Source: an uncultured virus (IMG/VR IMGVR_UViG_3300007542_000024) (taxonomy: Duplodnaviria; Heunggongvirae; Uroviricota; Caudoviricetes). From it: DNA of 64,000 nt. Below are positions 1 to 10,763 of the stretch, one piece after another. The DNA lies in the IMG/VR virus record IMGVR_UViG_3300007542_000024. One strand, 5' to 3'. The translations under genes were made by a program, and so were the position numbers. How positions within the stretch are numbered: the stretch's first letter is position 1; the number at the start of each line of letters is the position of its first letter. The notes beneath the pieces are model-generated. The model searched no databases, was not told the origin of the DNA, and saw nothing but the letters and a program-made list of their open reading frames with translations.

Positions 1-639
1 CTGCTGCTGGACCTGCTGCGGGACCTGGGCCGCGTCTCCGATGAGCGCCTCCAAGCCCTCGACCAGCTTGGCGCGGTTGCGCCCGGCCTTCTCGACCTGC
101 AGGAGGCTCTGGAGCGCGGGAACGTCCCAGTCGCCCACATGGCGGATGATGCTGGGGAAGCGCTTCCCGAGCAGCTCGTCGTAGTTCGGGGCCGCGGCGG
201 CCTGCTGCTGGGCCTGCGGAGGCGGCTGGACCTGCTGCTGCTGAACCTGCTGCTCCTGCTGCTGCGGGGCCTGGCCCTGCTGCGGGGCAGCGCCGTCGGC
301 CTGGGGGAACACCTGGGGGAAGAGCGAGACGTCGAGCCCCAGCTCGGTCATGATGCTCTCGTCGGCCAGGTCGTTCCGGGCGGCGGCCAGCGCCTCCATG
401 ACGGCGTCGGACTTGGGCCACTGGAGCCCGTTGTCGCCTTCCACGATGCAGGCCTTGTAGGAGAAGATGCCCTCACGCTCGGCGTCGATGAGGGAGGCGA
501 GGTCGGCGTTCCTGAACTGGGTGACGGACTTGGCCGCGGCCAGGCCGTTGCCGATGCCGAACACCAGCTGGGCGAGAGCGAGGATGTTCGGGCGCCGCTT
601 GGCGGCGTCGGCGGTGGGGGTGTTGATGTCGATACTCAT
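1..639 (-). CDS. Hypothetical protein, Gln/Pro-rich, truncated by the window edge
   Basis: Not in the ORF track (no stop inside the window). ATG at 639 after GAGGA; translates MSIDINTPTDAAKRRPNILALAQLVFG...PQQGQAPQQQEQQVQQQQ...EKAGRNRAKLVEGLEALI, open to base 1. Confidence 0.8.
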   Translation of the reverse strand, partial: MSIDINTPTADAAKRRPNILALAQLVFGIGNGLAAAKSVTQFRNADLASLIDAEREGIFSYKACIVEGDNGLQWPKSDAVMEALAAARNDLADESIMTELGLDVSLFPQVFPQADGAAPQQGQAPQQQEQQVQQQQVQPPPQAQQQAAAAPNYDELLGKRFPSIIRHVGDWDVPALQSLLQVEKAGRNRAKLVEGLEALIGDAAQVPQQVQQQ

Positions 640-651
640 CTTCTGCGTCCT

Positions 652-1101
652 CTACTGTGGGGTCACCTTGCGGTGGTTGGCGGTGTAGCACTCAACGACG
701 CGGTTGTGCGGGCACTGGAAGCACTCGAAGCCGCAGGTGCTGGCGGAAGGCATGATCTGGGTGTTGCCGTGGGTGAACTCGTAGGTGCGCTCGCGCACTA
801 CTTCGAGTGGGTCGGGGGTCTCGATGGGCTCTCCCAGTAGGAGAGCGATGAGGTCTTCTCGGGGGAGCTGCCTGCTGGCCGACGCGTGCCCTTGCATCTG
901 GCACAACTGGGCGATCTCCGTGGTGCTCATATCGTTGACGAGGGTGAAGTCGAGGCAGATTTCGTCCGCCTTCTTCTTTCGCTTCCGGGCCATGGGTCCT
1001 TCCTCGGGGAACAGCTCTTCCAGCTCGGCGATCCGGCTCTCCATGCGCTCGAGCTGGGAGTGCATGTCGAGTACGAGCCTAACCAGCCGCTCCTGCTTCA
1101 T
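652..1101 (-). CDS. Hypothetical protein with C-terminal Cys/His cluster
   Basis: 149-aa ORF in the operon direction; C-terminal CGFECFQCPHNRVVECY; possible internal start at 993. Confidence 0.7.
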   Translation of the reverse strand: MKQERLVRLVLDMHSQLERMESRIAELEELFPEEGPMARKRKKKADEICLDFTLVNDMSTTEIAQLCQMQGHASASRQLPREDLIALLLGEPIETPDPLEVVRERTYEFTHGNTQIMPSASTCGFECFQCPHNRVVECYTANHRKVTPQ

Positions 1102-1537
1102 GGGGGTCGTCCTCCAGCGCGGAAGGGTAGAGGTAAGCGACCACGCGTGGTCCTTGTGAGTAGGCTTCCCGCTTATGCAGGAGAACGTCGAAGTTATTCC
1201 GGTCGCTCAGGCCCACCAGCTTGGCGATGCAGTCCTCTACCAGCTTGATGAGGTTGGACACGTCGACGTTCTTGTAGGGGTGCTTGGTCTTCGCCTTCAC
1301 GCCCCAGGAGAGGTTGTAGAGGTCTTCGGGGGCGATGTAGAACCAGACCTCGAGGGTGTAGGCCTGCTCCCGCTCTACTCGGATAGCGAGGAAGTCCTTG
1401 GTGGACATCCCTCCTTGGGCGGCGAGGAAGGCCTGCCTCCAGTTCCTACCTGCCGTGGTGAGGATCTTGCGTCCCCGGGCCACGGTGTAGAGCTTGTTGA
1501 CGGACACGGGGAGGGCGGGGAACTGGAAGCAGTACAT
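1079..1537 (-). CDS. rusA: RusA-family Holliday junction resolvase
   Basis: P-x-S-V-N-x-x-Y N-terminus and DVSNLIKLVED...LSDRN, matching the RusA D-x-D/S-N-x-x-K-x-x-x-D pattern. Confidence 0.75.
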   Translation of the reverse strand: MYCFQFPALPVSVNKLYTVARGRKILTTAGRNWRQAFLAAQGGMSTKDFLAIRVEREQAYTLEVWFYIAPEDLYNLSWGVKAKTKHPYKNVDVSNLIKLVEDCIAKLVGLSDRNNFDVLLHKREAYSQGPRVVAYLYPSALEDDPHEAGAAG

Positions 1538-2160
1538 CAGCGGGGCCTACGCCAGCGCTGGGGGTTGACGACCGGCGCGGTGCGCTCCTGCCGATCCTGG
1601 TTCTCGACGTCCTGGGCCTTCCTGGTCTGCTCACGGGAGATGAGGTTGAGGGAGCGCTTCATCTGCTCGAACCGCTCCTGCGTCTTGCGCATGTAGACCT
1701 CCATGCGCAGCAGGCCAGCGTCGGCGGAGACGAAGCGCTCATCCATGTCGATCTTGGCGTCCAGCATGGCCGCTGCGATGCCGCAGTCCTCCTTGTAGTA
1801 GATCTTCAGCGCACTCTGAAGCACCCGGACAGTTCGGGACTGGACCAGGTGCATGGCCTTGGAGCGCATGTACTCGGCGGACAGGTAGTTGGTCCAGCCG
1901 CTGGCGTAGCCGAAGAGCTTGCCCAGTGTGACCAGGTCGAGCTCGGTGACGTCGGCGGGCACGATGGGGTCCCCGTTCTCAGCGAACTCGATGTGGCCCT
2001 CGAGGCCAGTCGGGAGCGCGGGGATGGGGAGCCTGTCGCTGATCGCACGTTCGGCCAAGCTGCGGTCGACATCGTCGATGATGTTGTCGTAGATGTCGAT
2101 GAGCTCGTCGATGCGGACGTTGCTCGGGACGGGGAACGCGGCACCGCCTGTGTGGGACAT
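1537..2160 (-). CDS. Hypothetical helical protein (207 aa)
   Basis: Start moved to ATG 2160, which overlaps the upstream stop as TGATG; also TGATG-coupled to rusA. Confidence 0.7.
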   Translation of the reverse strand: MSHTGGAAFPVPSNVRIDELIDIYDNIIDDVDRSLAERAISDRLPIPALPTGLEGHIEFAENGDPIVPADVTELDLVTLGKLFGYASGWTNYLSAEYMRSKAMHLVQSRTVRVLQSALKIYYKEDCGIAAAMLDAKIDMDERFVSADAGLLRMEVYMRKTQERFEQMKRSLNLISREQTRKAQDVENQDRQERTAPVVNPQRWRRPR

Positions 2161-3479
2161 CAGAACCTCCTCTGCCGCTTGTACGCAGCGGGCTTGCAGG
2201 TCCACATGTAGGGGCACTCCCCGCACTTGGACTTGATGTCGATCTGCGGGGGGAGCAGGCCCTGTTGGACCGTCTTGATGATGTGGGCGCAGCGGGTGGC
2301 TGTCTTCTTCCAGGACACCCGGTTGTGCGGCGTCACGAACTGCTTCATGACGCCCTCTTCCTTGTTGACGTAGAGGTAGAGGACGCGCTCCAAGCCGAGC
2401 AAGGCGCAGTAGATGTTGGCCTGGTCAACATGCTCGCGCTTCGCCTTGGTGAACTTCTTGTAGCTGCTGCCCCCCGCACTCTTGATCTCGTAGCCGAGCA
2501 CGTCTTCCTGCCCGTCACAGTGCCCGGTGATCTTGAGTTGCTCGTGCTGGACACGCACTTCCTCCTGGAAGGCGTCTCCCTTGGCGATGGCCAGGGCCAT
2601 CTGCACGATGTCGTGGAGCGCGTGCCCGGCGTTGAAGATGCGGCGCAGGTGCGACGAGATCTGCCCCATCTGACGGATGCCCATGAGGCCATAGGCGATG
2701 CGGCGGTCGCAGGGCGTCATGGAGAGCTCGGACGGATGGATGCAGTGCGTAGCCCGCCCCGAGTCCTTGAAGTTCAGGCTGAACAGGTACCTGTCGAGCT
2801 CGATGATGATGTCGGTGGTGGGCACCGCCCGGATGCCGTTGCTCGGCCAAGGGTCGGGAGGGCCGAAGCGGTCTGCATCACACTTGGTGGCGTAGGGGCA
2901 GGCCGCGCAGTCGTTGTCGGACGCTGTCCCGCCGGGGAAGCCCTCACCGCGCCAGAGGCTCGCCAGGTAGGCAGGTACCTTCGCCACAGCTTTCCCGGCC
3001 TCGTCGATGTCCGTGAGCGTCCAGGCTGACCACTTCTGCGTGTTGCGGTCCACCAGGATGACGATGACTGCCTCCGCGCCGAGCATGTGGGCGCGGGCCG
3101 CTGCGATGAGCTTGGAGCGCGCAGGGAACTGGGGGAACACCCGGGTGGACTCGTGGGAGAGCATCACGGGAAGTCCGTCGAGGTAGCCCAGGTGCTGTAC
3201 TTGTACCCCGGAGTACAGCGTAGGAGCTGCGCGAGAGAAGCGGGTGGGGAAGCACGCGGCCAGGTAGCGCTGCACGTGCTCCCCGAACTTGTACTCGTAG
3301 AGCCGCAGCAGGACCTTGGCGGGATCCTCGAGGCGGTCGGGTTCTTCCCCGATGAGCTGTAGGTAGAGGCGCCAGCTGCACGGCGTCTTGACGACGTCAG
3401 CGACCTCTACCTCTTGGGGGTAGCTGCCGATGCGGCTCAGCACCTGCTCAACGGCTGCTACTGCGTCCACTGTCTGCAT
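2160..3479 (-). CDS. Cas4-like PD-(D/E)XK exonuclease, apparently two tandem domains
   Basis: C-terminal half: HPSELSMTPCDRR, GHALH, ITGHCDG, YEIKS, QANIY, CGECPYMWTC; N-terminal half keeps TPCSWR and CAACPYATKC. Confidence 0.75.
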   Translation of the reverse strand: MQTVDAVAAVEQVLSRIGSYPQEVEVADVVKTPCSWRLYLQLIGEEPDRLEDPAKVLLRLYEYKFGEHVQRYLAACFPTRFSRAAPTLYSGVQVQHLGYLDGLPVMLSHESTRVFPQFPARSKLIAAARAHMLGAEAVIVILVDRNTQKWSAWTLTDIDEAGKAVAKVPAYLASLWRGEGFPGGTASDNDCAACPYATKCDADRFGPPDPWPSNGIRAVPTTDIIIELDRYLFSLNFKDSGRATHCIHPSELSMTPCDRRIAYGLMGIRQMGQISSHLRRIFNAGHALHDIVQMALAIAKGDAFQEEVRVQHEQLKITGHCDGQEDVLGYEIKSAGGSSYKKFTKAKREHVDQANIYCALLGLERVLYLYVNKEEGVMKQFVTPHNRVSWKKTATRCAHIIKTVQQGLLPPQIDIKSKCGECPYMWTCKPAAYKRQRRF

Positions 3480-4055
3480 GGAATCTCCTGAAGGCGGCTT
3501 CCGACATGACCACGGCCCGAGGTTCCAAGGGGATCTCCAAGGGCTCGGGGTAGTCGCGTCGTGCGAAGGTCACACCCCCGCGGGTGAGCGGGAGGGCCCC
3601 GCGGTCGGGTAGGTGCCCCTCCAAAGCTGCAGCTCGGGCGAGGACGATGGTGATGTGGGGGTGCTGGGTGAACACGACACGCAGGAGGGGTTCCTCGCCG
3701 GCGGCGAGGGCTCCTTGGACGAAGTCAGTCCAGGTGGAGCCCTTCAGCCGGTAGCGGTCGCTGCGAGTACTCTTGTTCTCGACGCGCCACGCGCCGAGCG
3801 TCCGGACGTCGCCGTCCATGTTCTCGGCGCCAGAGCGCAGGGTCTCTCGGCCTCCAACCAGGGCGGCAGCTCCCTTCTCGGTAGAGCGCCAGGCCTGCTT
3901 CTTGAGGTGCTTGGGTTGTGCCCGCTTCTTGCGTGGGCAGTCGTCGGCGTGGTCGATCCCGTCCAGGATGTTGGCGGTCCTGTTCTTCAGGACGCGCTTG
4001 ACCCGGACGGGTCCCTCGCGGCCGCACAGTAGGCAGCGGCTCTGGCGCCAGTCGC

Positions 4056-4059
<4 letters not shown>
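3448..4059 (-). CDS. Hjc-like PD-(D/E)XK endonuclease with N-terminal Zn-binding motif
   Basis: E-x4-A...GG...SGA...GDV...VENKST typical of phage resolvase-like nucleases; CLLC...HADDC at the N-terminus. Confidence 0.6.
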
Positions 4060-5122
<1,063 letters not shown>

Positions 5123-5123
<1 letters not shown>

Positions 5124-5269
5124 TACTTCTTCTCCTCACGCACGGGCTGCTTGCGCTCGCGGACTTCGCCCTTCTCGGGGCGGGACAGCTGCTTGGCCTG
5201 GGCTTCGGCCGCGGCGTGGGCCTTCTTCTCCATGTCGGTCTGGACGACACCGTGCTTCTCGATGGTCAT
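5123..5269 (-). CDS. Small charged protein (48 aa)
   Basis: Below the ORF-track cutoff; AGGAG then ATG 5269, [27 protein letters not shown]...; TAG overlaps the recA GTG. Confidence 0.65.
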
Positions 5270-5288
5270 GGCGGACTCCTGGTGGGCC

Positions 5289-7181
5289 TTAGCCCTTGGC
5301 GGCTCCCCAGTTCTCCACAGCGGCAGGCTCTGCCGGCAGGGGAACGGGGAGGGGTTGATCGAAGGGACGCTCCATCACGTACTGGACGTACTCCATGGCC
5401 TCGGCGTGGGTTTCCCGCGGGCCGCAGAAGACGAGCTCGTCGTGCACCTGCAGGCGCAGGGTCGTACCGAGCTCGTGCACGAGGTAGGCGTCGTTGTTGA
5501 GGCGGATCATCGCTTTCTTCACGATGTCCGCAGCGCTGCCCTGGATGGGCGCGTTGATGGCCTGGTTCTCTGCGTGCCCTCGCAGGCGCCAGTTCTTGGC
5601 CTTCGCTTTGGACAGCCGCCGCAGGCGGCCACAGATGGTCTGCACGTACCCCTTCTTGCGCGCGTGCTCGATCATCGAGTCCATGTAGGTCTGCACCCCG
5701 GGGTAGATGGCGAGGTACTGGTCGATGTAGCCCTGGGCCTCTTCCCGAGACACTACGCGACCCAGCTTCTGCGTGAGCTGGACAGCCAGGCCCACCGAGG
5801 TGATCCCGTAGACGATACCGAAGCCGACGTTCTTGGCTCCCTGACGCATCTGGAGCGCGATGGCGTCCCCGATGGCCTTGAGCGCGACGAACTCGTCGTA
5901 TTCGATGCCCATCATCATCGCCGCCGTGAACGAGTGCATGTCCAGGCCTTCGTTGATGGCACGGATCATGGTCGGGTCGTTCGCGAAGCACGCGAGGATG
6001 CGCATCTCCAGCTGGGCATAGTCTGCGACGATGAGCAACTGGCTCGGGTCGTCAGGCACGAAGACGGAGCGGATGCCGTGGGGGTCGTTGTCCGGGCGAG
6101 GGACGTTCTGGAGGTTGGGGTCGGACGAGCCGAGACGGCCCGTGAGCTTCGTAGCGGAGTACGTAGTGTGGATGCGCCCGTCGGCCTGAATCCACTTCGC
6201 CAGGCCCTCGGCGTAGGTGCCCTTGAGCTTCGACGCCTTTCGGTACTGCAGGATGAGCTCGCACTCCTTGACTCCCTGGCCCACGAAGTACTTCAGCGTC
6301 TTCTCGTCACAGCTCGGGTCCCCTCCGGGGGTCTTGCTTCGCGGCGTCAGGCCGAGGTCGCGGAACAGCAGTTCGCGCACCTGCTTGGTGCTGTTCGGGT
6401 TGAAAGGCTTCCCGACCATGCAGTTGAGCTCGAAGGCGACATCGTCCATCTCCCGCTGGAGAGAGACTCCCATGTGCTCGAGCCCATCCCGGTCCACGCG
6501 GATACCGCGCCGTTCCATGTCGAAGAGGCACAGCAGCTGCGGTTCTTCGGTGTCCCAGTAGTGGCTGAGCAGGGTGTTGTCGAGGTCAGGCCACAGGCGC
6601 ACCTGGCCCAACTTCTCCATGTGGTGCTCGGCCAGCTTGCGGGTCACCCACGGGTCCAGGGACGCATAGTCGAGGAACTTGGCCCAGAGGGCGTGCCCAG
6701 GCTGGACCTCGCGAGGGTCGGCCTTGCCGAACAGCTCCTTGTACTTGCCCATCGGGATGCCGAAGTAGTCCCACGAGCACTGGTCGAGGCTGTGGCGGTT
6801 CTCCCGCGTGTCCTCGTCGTAGAGGAAGTCCCCCATGAGCGTGTCGAAGGTGTGGCCCCCCACCGCGATGCCTGCGTTGGCGAAGCGGTGGAAGTCGTAC
6901 TTCATGTTGTGCATCGCCTTGACGCTGTGCTCGTTCTCCAGCACGGGGGCGAAGTGGCGCAGGTAGCGGTACGGCACCAGGTAGCGGGTGTACTCGTCCG
7001 GACTCAGGCCCGTGTACAGGGCCTGGTCCGTCATGTTGGTGTAGATGGTGGTGCTGAGGATCTGCAGGGTCTCGGTGTCGGCACCCAGCAGGGTAGCGTC
7101 CATGCAGCGCCGTACACTCTCCTCCACAGCTTCGGGGGTGTCCACATAGACGGGCGGCGGCGCCGCGGTCACGAACTCCAT
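5289..7181 (-). CDS. polA: Family A DNA polymerase (3'-5' exonuclease + polymerase; no 5'-3' exonuclease)
   Basis: ExoI ADTET, ExoII HNMKYD, ExoIII YASLD; TGRLGSSDPNLQN; motif A ADYAQLEMR, B RQGAKNVGFGIVYG, C QVHDEL. Confidence 0.95.
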   Translation of the reverse strand: MEFVTAAPPPVYVDTPEAVEESVRRCMDATLLGADTETLQILSTTIYTNMTDQALYTGLSPDEYTRYLVPYRYLRHFAPVLENEHSVKAMHNMKYDFHRFANAGIAVGGHTFDTLMGDFLYDEDTRENRHSLDQCSWDYFGIPMGKYKELFGKADPREVQPGHALWAKFLDYASLDPWVTRKLAEHHMEKLGQVRLWPDLDNTLLSHYWDTEEPQLLCLFDMERRGIRVDRDGLEHMGVSLQREMDDVAFELNCMVGKPFNPNSTKQVRELLFRDLGLTPRSKTPGGDPSCDEKTLKYFVGQGVKECELILQYRKASKLKGTYAEGLAKWIQADGRIHTTYSATKLTGRLGSSDPNLQNVPRPDNDPHGIRSVFVPDDPSQLLIVADYAQLEMRILACFANDPTMIRAINEGLDMHSFTAAMMMGIEYDEFVALKAIGDAIALQMRQGAKNVGFGIVYGITSVGLAVQLTQKLGRVVSREEAQGYIDQYLAIYPGVQTYMDSMIEHARKKGYVQTICGRLRRLSKAKAKNWRLRGHAENQAINAPIQGSAADIVKKAMIRLNNDAYLVHELGTTLRLQVHDELVFCGPRETHAEAMEYVQYVMERPFDQPLPVPLPAEPAAVENWGAAKG

Positions 7182-8335
7182 CAGGCGACTCCTTCGAGCT
7201 GATCGGTGAGTTGTACGAGGGCCGGGAGATCTCCCATGGGGAGGTCCTCGCCGAGCAGGGCAGATAGGGTCTCGAGGGCGGTGCAGTACAGCCTGGCGTT
7301 ACGCTGCATGTTCTTGACCCACCAGTCCGCGGGAGGCTCTCGGCGGTGCTGGATGTCGTCTACGCGGGCAGCGACATTCTCGAGCAGCCGGCGGTGGTTC
7401 TCCCGGTAGGCCTCGGGCGCGCGCGCCTCTATCTCCTGCACGATGTCTGCGTCGGAGATGCCGTGCCAGCGTAGCGACGAGACGGCGACCTTCATCTCCC
7501 AGGAGATCTGCCCGTTCTCCAGGCGCAGCTTCCACGGGTTGTCCTGGTCGAAGCGCAGGGGATCGTAGGTCTCCAGGCAGGACAGCAGGCGCTCCCAGGA
7601 CAGCATCTCACCTGCCCAGCAGGCGCGGGAGGCGTGCACCCACAGGGGCCTCCCGTCTGCCGACGTGGTGCCGCTGTGCGCCTTCGCGTTGCGGTCCCGT
7701 TCGGGGTGGAGGTACCCCATGACCTGGTGCTCCGGGTGGAACAGCACGAGGGGAGGTGGGGCGTCGAGCGGGGGCTCGCTGTCGTAGATCGCTTCGGGGG
7801 AGGGCACGAATACCTGGACACCCGCCGCATGCAGGTGGCGGAACACCGGAGCGCTGATGCTCGCGTAGATCTCGCCGTCGTTGTAGACGTAGTAGAGCTC
7901 CTTGTCGCGCAGGGGAACGGGGGTGTCGCGCTCCTGCTCGGAGTCGTACACCGTCGTCATCTTGCCCGCGACGTACGCTTCGGTCATCGAAGCGTGCATG
8001 TCTCGGCGGGTGAGCACGTCGTAGCGGGGTAGGCCTGCAGTCGCGGCGGTGATGGTGGGGACGTTGTAGCCCTCGGCCATCACGGGGACGAACTTGCGGC
8101 AGTAGGGGGGAAGGAACCTGTCAGGAGTGATGCTGCTGGCGTAGATGACGCGCCAGTCAACCGGGGCATCGCCCGCCTGGGCCAGGATGTCCCTGGCGTG
8201 GGCGGGCAGCAAGCCGCTGTGCGGGAGGAGTAGGCACCACTGCGTGTTGCCCAGGTACACCCGCCCGTCGTCGAGCTGCAGCAGCACGACGTTGTCACCC
8301 ATCTGGCGGGTTGACTCCTTGCTCAAAAAGAACAC
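7181..8335 (-). CDS. Hypothetical protein (384 aa)
   Basis: Long ORF, GAGGAGG upstream, TGATG coupling to polA; no recognisable motif. Confidence 0.7.
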   Translation of the reverse strand: MFFLSKESTRQMGDNVVLLQLDDGRVYLGNTQWCLLLPHSGLLPAHARDILAQAGDAPVDWRVIYASSITPDRFLPPYCRKFVPVMAEGYNVPTITAATAGLPRYDVLTRRDMHASMTEAYVAGKMTTVYDSEQERDTPVPLRDKELYYVYNDGEIYASISAPVFRHLHAAGVQVFVPSPEAIYDSEPPLDAPPPLVLFHPEHQVMGYLHPERDRNAKAHSGTTSADGRPLWVHASRACWAGEMLSWERLLSCLETYDPLRFDQDNPWKLRLENGQISWEMKVAVSSLRWHGISDADIVQEIEARAPEAYRENHRRLLENVAARVDDIQHRREPPADWWVKNMQRNARLYCTALETLSALLGEDLPMGDLPALVQLTDQLEGVA

Positions 8336-8510
8336 TCAGCCTCCTCTTGGGACGCACGGCGAGGGTGTGGCACAGGCGGAGGTAGGCCTCGTAGGACCTC
8401 CTCGCCTGTGCCACGTCACCGAGCTCGAGTTGTACGAGGGTGTGCATGTGGGCCAGGGCCAAGCGGTGCCTCAAGCACCGCAGGGCGTCTGACCGCTCAT
8501 GCCAGCCCAT
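8295..8510 (-). CDS. Small hypothetical protein
   Basis: 71-aa ORF filling the gap in the leftward operon. Confidence 0.45.
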   Translation of the reverse strand: MGWHERSDALRCLRHRLALAHMHTLVQLELGDVAQARRSYEAYLRLCHTLAVRPKRRLSVLFEQGVNPPDG

Positions 8511-8514
8511 CTAT

Positions 8515-9705
8515 CTACTGGGGCCGGCGGAACTGCCGCTGGCCTCCGCCACCGCCCCAGGGGGCGGAGCGGGTCTGGGTCTGGGCCTGGTAGGGGTTGG
8601 GGCGCTTGAGCTGCTTGGCCTGCACGTCCAGCACGGCCGCCACGTACTCGGCGTCGGAGCTGAACTTGGAGCGGTCCACGCGCTCGGGACGGAAGCGGTG
8701 GTGCAGGTCCCAGTGCTGGAGCAGCGCCTTGAGCTCGGCGTCGTCCAGCCCGTAGCCCTGCAGGTCGTTGTGGATGTTGGAGAAGGGCTGGCTGCGGTCG
8801 AAGTTCAGCGTGGTGTACTTCCGCTGACGGCCCGAACGGTCGGTCTTGACCTCGCCCGCGCAGTTGACCTCGAGGGTCTTGTCGAACACGGTAGCCGGGA
8901 CGGGGTCATGCGCCTCGCTGGCGCACATCTGGATCTCCTTGGGGTAGCCGCGCTTCCCGCACTTGGGGCACTCGTGCTCCTGCTCGATGAACTCCAGGAT
9001 CTTCTCGGGGGGTTCGGTCTGCAGGTGATGCTCCTCGAACCAGGCGTGCATCTGGCAGTGGGGGCAGACGAACTCGACGGGGAACACGTCCTGACCGCAG
9101 ACCTGGCCCGTGGCCTGGTCGTAGTGCAGGCAGGTCTGCCCGAGGATGTCGTTGACCGCGTACAGCTGCTGGAAGTGGGTCTTGCCCATCTCCCAGACCT
9201 TGTGCCCGCCCATGAAGCGCTCGGCGACGGAGGGGTCGTGGCTGTTGCAGAAGCGGCAGCGGTTGCGCTGGGGCAGGATCTCGTCGGACATGCAGCGCTC
9301 GAAGGCGATCTTGCCGTCGGAGCCCTTGACCCGGTGGTAGAAGCGCAGGTCGATGACCTCGATGGCGTAGACCAGGCGCGGGTACAGCTTGTCGATGTCC
9401 TTCTGCTGCTGTTCCGTGAGGCTACCTCCGGCGTTCCGGGCCTGCTGGGCCTGGTGGAGGTAGTGGCAGTAGACGCAGTGACCCTCGAACCCGGGCCACT
9501 CGCTGGTGCAGGTACGGGGCCCGGCGCCGGGCAGCCAGTGACGCTTGAGCACGAGCAGCTCATCGTTGGCCGGCGCGAGCACGCGCACCATGCCACGCTC
9601 GCCCGCAGCGATCTTGTAGATCTCGGCCTCCCACGGATCGTAGGCCGTGGTCGGCGCGAGCTGCTCCGCCTGGCGGCGGGCATTGCGGAATGCACTCCAG
9701 CTCAT
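8515..9705 (-). CDS. Putative single-stranded DNA-binding protein, Cys-rich
   Basis: Lies between primase and polymerase; RHW...RTC...GHCVYC resembles the gp32-type Zn site; additional CRFC, CPHC, CPKC pairs. Confidence 0.5.
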   Translation of the reverse strand: MSWSAFRNARRQAEQLAPTTAYDPWEAEIYKIAAGERGMVRVLAPANDELLVLKRHWLPGAGPRTCTSEWPGFEGHCVYCHYLHQAQQARNAGGSLTEQQQKDIDKLYPRLVYAIEVIDLRFYHRVKGSDGKIAFERCMSDEILPQRNRCRFCNSHDPSVAERFMGGHKVWEMGKTHFQQLYAVNDILGQTCLHYDQATGQVCGQDVFPVEFVCPHCQMHAWFEEHHLQTEPPEKILEFIEQEHECPKCGKRGYPKEIQMCASEAHDPVPATVFDKTLEVNCAGEVKTDRSGRQRKYTTLNFDRSQPFSNIHNDLQGYGLDDAELKALLQHWDLHHRFRPERVDRSKFSSDAEYVAAVLDVQAKQLKRPNPYQAQTQTRSAPWGGGGGQRQFRRPQ

Positions 9706-10754
9706 GGGGTACTCCTTCTTCGACTTCGTCGTGTCCAGGCAACGCCTGGTAGGGTGGCCAGCTGACCGATGGTCTTGGCGTTTGTCACGGCAGCTGAGAG
9801 GTGAGTGGTGTCAAGGTCATCCGGGCTCGTTCCTTCGGGGGAACCGTCCGGGTAGAGGCAGACGTAGGCACGCCCACTTCGCGATAGGCGCTGTGCAATC
9901 CTTATCGCAGAACACCGCCGGTTTTTGTCCGGGTCGGGGAAGTAGACGCCCTTTCCAGGCTCGTGATCCAAGAGGACGTAGTAGGGTCCCCGGAGCCGTG
10001 TGATGAGGCGCTCCTGCTGCTTGGTCAGCGTGGAGCCCTGCAGGGCTACGGTGTGCGGGAAGCCGTGCTCTATGCACCACAGGCATCCCTTGTAGCCCTC
10101 GACGATGACCAGCGGCGGCCGCGCTCCCTCATCTGCGAAGAAGCGCGCGGCGTAGATGCGGTCGAAGGCGTACAGGTGCTTGCGGTTGGCCCCCGTGTAG
10201 CCGGGAACGATATCGTGGAACTCCTTCTCGTAGACGTAGTAGCGAGGCTCTACCCAGTCGTCGTAGGCGCGTCCGCTGATACCCACGAGCCTCCCGAGAT
10301 AGTCTCGGATGGGGAAGGTGATGCGGTCGCGGCTCGCGTCATACCCGATGAACATCTCTTGGAGGATGTCTTCGGAGAAGCCCAGGTCGAGCATCTTGAG
10401 GGGGCACTGGTTGTAGGCGCCGAGCACGTACTCGGGCAGGACGTGCCACTCCCACCCCTGCTTCCCCTCCAGCTTCCGCTGGGCCAGTTCGGGCAGGGGA
10501 GGCGGGAGCCGCAGCTCCCCGATCTCCTGCTGTACGCGCTCTCCGGAGAGGCCCAGCTTGTAGAGGAGGTGGTAGACGGACCCGCCCGCGTGGCAGGAGA
10601 AGCAGGTCCAGCTCCCTTCCTTGGTGACGTAGAGCGAGCGCGAGGCTGACTTGGACTTGTGGAACGGGCACTCTGCACGCAGGTTCCCTTCACCAGAAGG
10701 GCGCACGTTGCGCAAGTAGCGCTCTGCCAGCCTCCTGATCTTGTCCGAGAGCAT
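9702..10754 (-). CDS. DNA primase (CHC2 zinc finger + TOPRIM)
   Basis: CPFH...WTCFSC zinc finger; RITFPIRD...GISGR; VIVEGY; LLDHE; PDD. Confidence 0.9.
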   Translation of the reverse strand: MLSDKIRRLAERYLRNVRPSGEGNLRAECPFHKSKSASRSLYVTKEGSWTCFSCHAGGSVYHLLYKLGLSGERVQQEIGELRLPPPLPELAQRKLEGKQGWEWHVLPEYVLGAYNQCPLKMLDLGFSEDILQEMFIGYDASRDRITFPIRDYLGRLVGISGRAYDDWVEPRYYVYEKEFHDIVPGYTGANRKHLYAFDRIYAARFFADEGARPPLVIVEGYKGCLWCIEHGFPHTVALQGSTLTKQQERLITRLRGPYYVLLDHEPGKGVYFPDPDKNRRCSAIRIAQRLSRSGRAYVCLYPDGSPEGTSPDDLDTTHLSAAVTNAKTIGQLATLPGVAWTRRSRRRSTP

Positions 10755-10763
10755 CGGCTTCGG

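Noticed and set aside
2160..3479. CRISPR-Cas locus suggested by the Cas4-like gene
   Set aside because: No cas1/cas2 and no repeat-spacer array seen; solo Cas4-like nucleases are common in phage recombination modules.
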